Shown: positions 14,198 through 21,800 of the stretch, piece after piece
Layout of the letters: every line of letters begins with the position of its first letter
Numbering within the stretch: position 1 is the stretch's first letter
Origin: Chlamydiota bacterium
GTDB taxonomy: Bacteria > Auribacterota > JACPWU01
Assembly: GCA_016196885.1 (NCBI GenBank)
Contig: JACPWU010000003.1
Location: 73,052-105,051 of the forward strand
Reading direction: 5' to 3'
DNA length: 32,000 nt
The notes under the pieces: model-generated
What the model was told of the DNA's origin: nothing
The model's input: the letters and a program-made list of their open reading frames with translations, nothing else
Database searches by the model: none
Position numbers and translations under genes: made by a program

Positions 14198-17100
14198 AGT
14201 GGTTGAGGATTATGAAAATCGCAATATCGTTTTAACCATTGATACAGGGAATGCTACGAATGGGGAGGTTTATCTAGACAGAAGGATTTATGCTCCTCCT
14301 ACTGAGGAAGAAATATCTCAAATTTCAGCAGCGGGAGGCCTGGTTTATAACGTGGCTGTGAGATCGGGCTCTGTTAAAGAGTATTATACGGAGATAGAAT
14401 TAAAAACAACAGAAGGAGAAGTTGTAAAATTAAGGTATAAAATAGATTCGACAGTGATTGCTGCAGGTAGGGTTTTACTAGAAATTCCAGAAGGATATGA
14501 TATTGCAACCTTAAGTTCTTGGGTTGATGTCTTTTTATTTGATTATAACGATAGCAATAATGATGGTTTGCCGGATAATGACAGTATTGGAAAAGGAAAA
14601 ACGGAGATTGTCTTTGTCGGGCCTCATAAAGTCATCGCCTTTGACCCTGCCTCGGATGATTATCTTGATTATGCCTCGACCTATTTCTCCGAGGCTGTGA
14701 ATTCTGGTTATCAAAATTGCACGATAGGACTCACGGATTATGCAGTTGATTCTGCTTTGGGTGAGGCAGGTTGGAAGGTGCGTGCACTGTATTCTGATTC
14801 TGAGACTTTTGTGGCTGGATCAAAAGATTCTTATGCGATTCATTACTGGAAATTGGATGAAGGAAATGGAGGAGTACCCTTAAATATTCTCGACGAATAT
14901 GGTGATGTTTTGGTTGATACAGATGGAGATGGCGTTGGAGATTCTTTTCTCTTTAAGGGCATGTCTTCTTCTTATGATAATGCAGGGACTCTGATTCAGA
15001 CCTTGAAAAGGATCTGGATTGGATTTCAATATGTCAATGCCTACGGAGAGTTGGAATCAGAAGCGCATCCTGCAGTTTATGTGGAGAAGGGCAATGTCAA
15101 GGGATGGACAGTTCCTTTTTCGGCTTACACAAAGGTTGATTTTACGAAGGTGACCCAAGCTCAAGTGCTTTTTTATGGAACAGATGTGACGGATGAGCTG
15201 ATGACCCTTATCAATCAAGCAAAAGAGGCTGGGGATGACACGTTATACTCTGAATTGACTCAAGCCATTGGAGTGGATTATGCTGCTTGGGCACAAACGG
15301 GTGTGACGGCTTCAGGAGGCAGTGGCGCTAGAGAATCTGAATCACAATCCGCACTTCCTGAAATAAACGGCCCGTCTTTATCGGGCAACGTTCATCCTGC
15401 TGAATCCCCTGCGGGTGGAGGGGGGGCGGGACAGATTTCGACAGTCCCTGAATCTCTTTTACATCTTCTGGATCAATTGTTAGGGGGAGGATCACCGGGT
15501 GAGCATGGAAGTGCAAACTTCGGTCCCAATGCCATTTCAGTGACTCCTCCCCCTACTTATTTTGAGGGCGAAACGGGTGTGGCTCCGGTGGGTGATGCCA
15601 ACCTTGACACAACACCGCGCTCTCTTTCCAAAGATGGAAACGGCTCTTTGAAAATCACCTTTTCTTCAGATGATCTTTCGCAAGAGGGAGATTATTTGGG
15701 ATTTAATGTGACCCCGGGCTTCTTAGATTTAACCGGCTTGAGTGAATTTAATATTTGGATGGGAAATGCTTCAGGGATCAAGAGCGCTCGTCTTGCCTTT
15801 CTGGATGAGGAGGGCCATTATTGGTTTGGATTTTTAGATGGTATTTCTCAAAACGTAAATTCTTGGACTATCCCCAAGTCGGCGGTTGATTCTACCTCCA
15901 AGGGAAAATTAAATGGGTCCAAAGTCGCGGTTTTTATTTTGGTGGATAAAGAAAGTTTGGAAGAAGGTTTGGAAGGAGAAGATTTAAATTTAGACATTCA
16001 GTTTGGGCATAAAGTGGAAAGTGAGGCAGCCGCGTATGAAATCTATCCCCCGGGTTGTTCACAAGGAGGACTCTTTCCACGGGGGAGAATGACTCCTCTC
16101 TGGGGAATCCTCGTATTAATGCTTCCTTGGGTCCTACGTGCACGGGTCAGACGTGATGGCGGAGGCAGTGGCGGCGGGTCCGGCAAAGTCAGCTTTAGAG
16201 AAGATATTCGCAGAGCTCTCAGTGAACTCAAGCAAGGTCGGCATCTTTCTTCTATACCGACTCCAAGCCGAATCTGTGAAGATTTAGCCAGGCGGGTGAT
16301 TTCTGGAATGAACCCAGAAGGAGATGTGGAAGAGAATAAAAATTTTCAGGCTGAATTTTTAAGTGTATTGGCTCTTTTAGATGAGGAAACGCCCTTTTCA
16401 CAACTCAGCGCGGCAGTGGATCATCTTATTCAAACGCGTATGGATGAATTAAAAAGCGCTGGAAAAGAACCGCAAGAGAGTGGACTCTCTGATTTAAAAA
16501 ATGATTTTTTAGCTCAGATGATAGCCCTGCGGGCGGCATTCGAATCTATTCCCATTAACATTCGTGAAATGAGCACTATTTTAGAAGACTATGACCTTAG
16601 CAATGCAACAGTGGGTGAAGTCATGCTTCTTCCCTCTTCTTTTACATTAAACCCGTTTGCTTCCTTGATGTATGGTTTTATCGTAAAGGGAGACGAGATT
16701 CTGATGACCAATCTGGACTTTGAACGCCAACATCAGTCAGTTTCTTTTGATGCGCGAACTCAAAAAGCATGGGCAAGCCTTCGCGATAGGTTGGTCGACA
16801 GTCATAGGACTTATAAAGATCTTTACATCGGATTTATTGATTACATTGACCCCAACACATGGCTTCCTGAAATTTTAGACGCTCTTTTGAACGGAGATGT
16901 TCAATTTTCTAGAGGTCAAGGGGGCAAGGTATTTCTTGAGCTTTCTCCACGCCCGGGTTTCCCTGATGACGGGCGAGGGCTAAGAGCTGAAATCAGTTTT
17001 AACGGTGAAAGTGGCGATCATGAGAGTCGTATCCTGGTGAAGATAACCTCTCTGGATCATCTTTATCGCAAGTATTATGAAAATCATTTTCCGTATCAAA

Positions 17101-17723
17101 GACATGTCCTGGCCATGGATCACATTCTTTCGGGATTGAATGTGGATGCTTCTGGAAATGTTCAGGTCACAGGCGATCGCAGTGTGTTGGATGGCTTGAT
17201 CCATGATGTAGGTTGGGATGTAAAATCTATTATTACGGTTTCGTCGCCTGAAGGAGCTGATAAGAAACAAGTTGAGACAAATGTTCGTACGGCTCTGGGC
17301 ATTGAGGGCAATAAAAATATTGCGATTATGGTTTATGGGCATGAAACCACTGCGGAACAATTGCAAAATATGATTGAAAGAGCGGCCAGAACTTTGAGCG
17401 GGCTTAAAGAGTCATTTGATCCGAAAAAGAATTTGACTTTACTCTTCTCCGATCAAAACCCATTGGCTGAAGAGCTACATTCGTTGCAAAACCTCGTCGT
17501 CTGGATCGCTACAGGTGATCTAACCTTGAAAGACTTGTCCATTGCCTTCAACAGGGCTGGCTATGAAATGGATCCTGAGCTTGCTCAGTTGATTAAAGAT
17601 GCTGAAGGGGAGGCAGAGCTTTCCAGAGTTCTCAGTGGCCATATAGGCCCTGTTCCACCACACATGAGTCAATGGCTTGACTTTAAGAAACGTGCCCAAG
17701 AAGAAGCCGGGAAGCAGATGTAA
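14049..17723 (+). CDS. Giant protein 1, downstream part (Ca-binding/CBM-like repeats, TM anchor, about 530-aa C-terminal region)
   Basis: 1,224-codon ORF. TSP-type-3-like Ca motifs are DYNDSNNDGLPDNDS (14541-14590) and DTDGDGVGDS (14917-14946). A TM helix, TPLWGILVLMLPWVL, is followed by RARVRRD and GGGSGGGSG (16089-16184). GTG 14049 has AAGGGAG 10 nt upstream, so independent initiation cannot be excluded. Confidence 0.8.
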   Translation: MEGVNTIVFKAPRRVPLENLNGVTTTDDVIYLFQTEPERASASNGGVSAEVVEDYENRNIVLTIDTGNATNGEVYLDRRIYAPPTEEEISQISAAGGLVYNVAVRSGSVKEYYTEIELKTTEGEVVKLRYKIDSTVIAAGRVLLEIPEGYDIATLSSWVDVFLFDYNDSNNDGLPDNDSIGKGKTEIVFVGPHKVIAFDPASDDYLDYASTYFSEAVNSGYQNCTIGLTDYAVDSALGEAGWKVRALYSDSETFVAGSKDSYAIHYWKLDEGNGGVPLNILDEYGDVLVDTDGDGVGDSFLFKGMSSSYDNAGTLIQTLKRIWIGFQYVNAYGELESEAHPAVYVEKGNVKGWTVPFSAYTKVDFTKVTQAQVLFYGTDVTDELMTLINQAKEAGDDTLYSELTQAIGVDYAAWAQTGVTASGGSGARESESQSALPEINGPSLSGNVHPAESPAGGGGAGQISTVPESLLHLLDQLLGGGSPGEHGSANFGPNAISVTPPPTYFEGETGVAPVGDANLDTTPRSLSKDGNGSLKITFSSDDLSQEGDYLGFNVTPGFLDLTGLSEFNIWMGNASGIKSARLAFLDEEGHYWFGFLDGISQNVNSWTIPKSAVDSTSKGKLNGSKVAVFILVDKESLEEGLEGEDLNLDIQFGHKVESEAAAYEIYPPGCSQGGLFPRGRMTPLWGILVLMLPWVLRARVRRDGGGSGGGSGKVSFREDIRRALSELKQGRHLSSIPTPSRICEDLARRVISGMNPEGDVEENKNFQAEFLSVLALLDEETPFSQLSAAVDHLIQTRMDELKSAGKEPQESGLSDLKNDFLAQMIALRAAFESIPINIREMSTILEDYDLSNATVGEVMLLPSSFTLNPFASLMYGFIVKGDEILMTNLDFERQHQSVSFDARTQKAWASLRDRLVDSHRTYKDLYIGFIDYIDPNTWLPEILDALLNGDVQFSRGQGGKVFLELSPRPGFPDDGRGLRAEISFNGESGDHESRILVKITSLDHLYRKYYENHFPYQRHVLAMDHILSGLNVDASGNVQVTGDRSVLDGLIHDVGWDVKSIITVSSPEGADKKQVETNVRTALGIEGNKNIAIMVYGHETTAEQLQNMIERAARTLSGLKESFDPKKNLTLLFSDQNPLAEELHSLQNLVVWIATGDLTLKDLSIAFNRAGYEMDPELAQLIKDAEGEAELSRVLSGHIGPVPPHMSQWLDFKKRAQEEAGKQM
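14052..14630 (+). repeat. Protein-level tandem module, copy 2 (in the frame of ORF 14049-17723)
   Basis: AEVVEDYENRNIVLTIDTGNATNGEVYLDRRIYAPPTEEEISQISAAGG...LSSWVDVFLFDYN. The similarity starts at the first codons (GGVNTIVFKAP versus VGGNLIEVIPAG). Confidence 0.75.
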
Positions 17724-17762
17724 AAGGTAGATATTTATTAACTCCCCCAACCCCTCTTGTTC

Positions 17763-17809
17763 TGTAGTCGCCCCATTTATGGGGCTGCCCGATAAATCGG
17801 GCGACTACA
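17763..17809 (+). repeat. REPIN-like palindromic element, copy B
   Basis: TGTAGTCGCCCCATTTATGGGGC-t-GCCCGATAAATCGGGCGACTACA lies 40 nt after the gene 1 stop and is followed by AAAAA. About 30 nt of the downstream flank also resembles the flank of copy C. Confidence 0.9.
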
Positions 17810-17848
17810 AAAAAGCATAATGGGGAGAGCTTTCATCACTGGTTTTTC

Positions 17849-18002
17849 TCTCCCCTTACGACCGAGTCCGGGTACCCGCCGCAGCGGGTGGACGAGGAAG
17901 TGGTTGCGACCGAGACGGGTGCCGCGAAGCGGCCGGCGAGGAAGTGGTTGGAGCCCGGCAGGGCGGAAACCAGAGCCGAGAGGCAGAAACCATAAGGGGA
18001 GA
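17849..18002 (+). ncRNA. Candidate structured RNA or leader element (GC-rich, family unknown; strand assignment tentative)
   Basis: A 10-bp closing helix (TCTCCCCTTA at 17849-17858 with TAAGGGGAGA at 17993-18002) encloses two tandem roughly 46-nt units (CGACCGAG...CGAGGAAGTGGTTG). Each unit has a GC hairpin: ACCCGC-cgca-GCGGGT and GCCGC-gaa-GCGGC. There is also a GCCC-ggca-GGGC hairpin and two GAAACCA boxes complementary to the two TGGTT boxes. Translations on both strands are Arg/Pro-rich and not protein-like. Confidence 0.4.
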
Positions 18003-18132
18003 CGGAGGGGTTAGATTTTTTTTCATTTTTCCCTTGCTTTTCTCTCCCAGAAACTTAAGAATCTTCTCAGTTTCTTTTTCCTTATCCAAAGCAACCGGAC
18101 ATTTTCTAGCACAACCTGTGAAGGGGGTAGCG

Positions 18133-18621
18133 ATGAATGTCACCCTGCAAGTTGGAGCGAAGAAGGCGAGACGACCCCATCCCTGGTTTTTTGATGTTGA
18201 AATTCATCGAGTCCCTTTCCCCTACGTCTTGGTCAGACTGCGAGGCAAGTTTACCTCCTCCAAAGAGCTTAAAATTATTTTCTATGAAACCCTAGACAAA
18301 GCGACTCAAGAAGGGGAAAGAATGGTCTTTGATTTTGAGATGGTGGACTATGCCTCGAGTCTATTCCTGAGGGATTTACGAAATTGGTGTAAGGCTCAAA
18401 ATGAAGGGGCTGGTCTCATCTGTTCGACGCGCGTTCCCTTTTTTCTTAAGGATGTGATGAAGAGTCTTGAATTCTATAGAGAGGTCAAAGAACTCCCCTA
18501 CGAAAGAAATCGCTGGACCCCGGACATGTTTACGAAACCCACAGCACTCTACATGGTTATGGATGTTTTAAAGCGCTTTCTTATGATTAAAGATGGGGAC
18601 TCCAAGCCCTATCTACCTTGA
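18133..18621 (+). CDS. Small STAS-domain-like protein (anti-sigma-antagonist fold, tentative)
   Basis: AAGGGGG lies 5 nt upstream of ATG 18133. YVLVRLRGKFTSSKELKIIF...GERMVFDFEMVDYASSLFLRDLRNW...GLICSTRVPFFLKDVMKSLEF fits the STAS pattern (v.l.G.l......l; vv.D...V.fidSs.l..L; l......v...l...gl..f). Confidence 0.5.
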   Translation: MNVTLQVGAKKARRPHPWFFDVEIHRVPFPYVLVRLRGKFTSSKELKIIFYETLDKATQEGERMVFDFEMVDYASSLFLRDLRNWCKAQNEGAGLICSTRVPFFLKDVMKSLEFYREVKELPYERNRWTPDMFTKPTALYMVMDVLKRFLMIKDGDSKPYLP

Positions 18622-18800
18622 CAGCGAGTGGAAGGACTTTTTTTGGGATTTTTCTCTCATTCCCCAAAAACCTCTCTTTTTTAAATTTCTTTTTTACCTT
18701 TTAACCTTTCAAAGGGTCTTCCTCCTTGGCTCTTCGGATACTTTCTTCACTGAGAAAGTTCTCAATTTAACTTCAATTTAGACTGTCAACGGGGGGAGAC

Positions 18801-21800
18801 ATGTACAAAATTGTCCAAAAAATCACCAGTATTCTGCTTTGCTTATCTTTCTTTTCTTACGACGTCTCTTCAAGTTTTGCTCAGGAAACACATCTTCTAA
18901 ATCCTATAACATCTGCCCAAGGCGGAAAAGCGCTTGTAAATTCCTCGCTGAGTCTAGAGTCTGTTTTAGAGGATTTAAAAATCCCCTACGATTTTGGAGA
19001 GGTGATAGAAAAATCAGCCATTCCTAACCGTCCTTTGGTCTTCTTGATTGAAGATGTCCATTGCCATTCAGAGGTTCAGCTCAACATTCGCAGAATCTTG
19101 AACACGCTGCTTCGCGCGAACCTCAGCATGAATTCCCATGCCAAACTCAATGTCCTTTTGGAAGCGGCCGAAGGTCCTATGGACATGTCTTTCTTTACAG
19201 CCTTCCCGGACAAAGAAGTTTTGAAAATAGCTCAGGATCAATTCCTCAAAAATAATGACGTCACGGGTGTAGAGTCTTTCTTGATGACAGAGGGGGCCTC
19301 TCAGGCTCAAGGAGTGGGTATTGAAGATTTGTCCTCTTATGTGAACAACGTGCGTCTCATGGGAGAGTTGATTCAGGAAAATGAAGTCCATCAGGCCGAT
19401 TGGCAAAATCTGGACGAAGTCTTTGGTAAACTTCGCGAGAAAATTTACTCTAAGGATCTTTTAGAATTTGTTCAGAAAAAATCCGATTATGAAAATCTTG
19501 AGTTGGATGTGAATGATTATGAAGCTTATCTTTCCAGTGTTTATCAAAAAACTTTTCAGAAAAATGCAGGGGAAGAGAATCCCACATTGGGCAGCCTCGA
19601 GAAATTAAGAAAATTAGAAGTGGGTTTCGATGAGAATGCACTTCGCCAAGAATATTTATCTTATTTAAAAATATTGGAAAAAAATCTTTCCAAAGATGAA
19701 CTCACGAAAGTTTTGAGAAATGTTTTGGAATATCGCTTGGGACGAGAGAGCGATCAGGATCATTATTTGTTTTTGAGTCAATATTTTGAGAGGGTCAAGG
19801 GTCAATCCCACGGGGACTATAACAACATGGAGTCAGGGGTCAAGGAATATAGGAATTTAGAATCCATGTTTTCCCAAATGCTCATCATGAAGGAGCTTTC
19901 TTGGGAGCGTTTGGAGGCGGAGCTTCTGGCGGTTGAAAATAAGTTGATGGAAACATTGGCGGGGAGTGCGAACGAAAAGGCGCTTTTGTCTCTTGAGAAA
20001 GACCATGGGATTTTAAAAAGAATTGTGGCCTTTGAAGGGAAAAGGGAAGATATAAAAACAGCGTTCAGCGTTCAGCGTTCAGCGGACAGGAAAGACAATT
20101 CTGGCTTTGTAGAGAACCTTGTCCAGCGTTTAAAATCTGTAACCCAAGAAAACCATCTTTCCTTCTCCTCTCCCGATTTTGGAAAAACTTTTTCCTTGGC
20201 CAAAAAGTTTTATCAGCAGGTCTTAGATCGCGATCGGATTTTTCTGGATAAAGCTCTCAAAGAAATTAAAGAGAGAAAACTTTCAAATGCGGCCTTGGTG
20301 GTGGGTGGATTTCATACCTCTGGGCTGAAAGAAGCCTTTAAAAAGGCCCATGTCGGCTATTGGGTGATTGCCCCTCGTTATACCCAGCACGATGATCGCA
20401 GTGCCTATTTTAAAAAGATGAAAGAGCAGTTTGGCTTTCTAGGGGGTTCTTCTGATGAATTAGCGACCATGCCGTGGGATACCTTGGTTAATGTGGCTCG
20501 TACCCATGCAGTGTTGCTTCTTCCAGAGAGAGTAGGGCAAACTTTAGTTCAAATTTATCAAGACTTACACGAGGGTCAGCTTCCTGATTTTCAAGGTTGG
20601 GAAGCGGCTGTTCCCGCTTTAGCGGATGCAATTGCCGAGATTGAAAGACGGGTAGTGGCAGGGGAGCATGTTGCAAATCCTGCGACCGAGCCTTTAACGC
20701 CTGAAAGACTTCAAACCATTACCGGTCTGAGCGCTTCCCAAATTCAAACGCTTCTTTCTCCCAATTCTTCAGACGCTGAAACGGTCACAACAGCGAATGT
20801 TATTCTCAGATATCTAGGTACTTTGATGGAGAGAAATGGGTATGAGCGGGAGGGTTGGAGGGGTTTGGTGGAGGTGGAAGAAGAAGGAAGAGAAGGGCCA
20901 CCGTCTTCTACGGAAGAAAGCTCGAAAGGGCGTCTGTCTCTTCTAAAGGGTTCTGATATTTTTGAATATACGCTTGGTTTTTTTGAAAGCGTTGGAATTA
21001 CTTTTACGATACTGGCTCTCGCTTCGATAGTGGCTCTCGTTTTGGTTGCTAGCAGTCCTGTCATTCCTAATCCCGTCGCTAGACTGCCCGTTTTTTTATT
21101 CATGGAACTTCTGGGAAGTTATTTCATTTCTCAAAAGTTATGGATATGGGGTCACAAATCGATGCCAAGAATTTACGTTCGAATGAAAATAAATCATGGT
21201 AGCGCTTTTGCGGATAAGTGGTTTTGGAGGTTTAATGTAGAGAGAGATTGGGATGTTCCTTTTATCAGACAGAAAGAAACAAAGGGGATGGAAGCAAAAG
21301 AAGTAAAAGATCTTTTTAACACTCTAAAGGATGCTGTAGCCAGTGGTGCTAGAATTTCCAGATTGGAAAGAACAGCTAAAATTGTTTGGCAAATATCTTT
21401 TGGTGTTTCATTCTTCTTGGCGATTGCTCAATATCTTACTACACATGATGCGACGATGGACGCAACTATTTCTTGGGCAGGAATCCCTTTTATGATTGCT
21501 TTCATTATCGTTCATTTGGCAACCAGTATTGCCAGTCCACCCCGAGGCCGGTTGAGTTTGTTGGCTGGATCGCCTTCTCAAGGTGGAGCAGCGGGTGAAG
21601 TTCCTTCTAATGGAGTAACCCTTGTGGATCCTGAAATAAAAAAATATTCAGATATCCTTTCTCCAGAAGTACTGGCGATGACGGCAAAAATTGATCGAGC
21701 CACCAGAGATGAGAGAAAGGTTCGTAAAGAGGAAGAGGAAGCCAGAATAGCCGGGATTCGTCGAGGAGAGCAAGGCGTGAAGTTTCTTGATCCCAGTGAA

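Noticed and set aside
17763-17809. REPIN-like palindromes acting as Rho-independent terminators of the giant genes
   Set aside because: On the plus strand the hairpins are followed by A-runs, not T-runs. On the minus strand the T-run precedes the hairpin. Neither orientation fits an intrinsic terminator.
17944-18132. Upstream extension of the STAS-like ORF (track start 17944)
   Set aside because: The extension runs through the GC-rich element and a T-rich tract and has no RBS. ATG 18133 has AAGGGGG upstream, and the STAS-like similarity begins after it.
17820-18143. ORFs 17820-18014 (+) and 17856-18143 (-) across the GC-rich element
   Set aside because: The translations are Arg/Pro/Gly-rich repeats (RRSGWTRKWLRPRR..., PRPPAAAGTRTRS) produced by a tandem hairpin-containing repeat. 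The region is better explained as non-coding structure.
18615-18643. Possible terminator after the STAS-like gene (CCTT...AAGG followed by T7)
   Set aside because: The stem is only about 4 bp with a 12-nt loop, which is too weak to call.
18593-18781. 62-aa ORF in the T-rich spacer before giant gene 2
   Set aside because: It is a Phe/Leu-rich translation of a pyrimidine-rich intergenic tract with no RBS. The region is more likely a promoter or leader.
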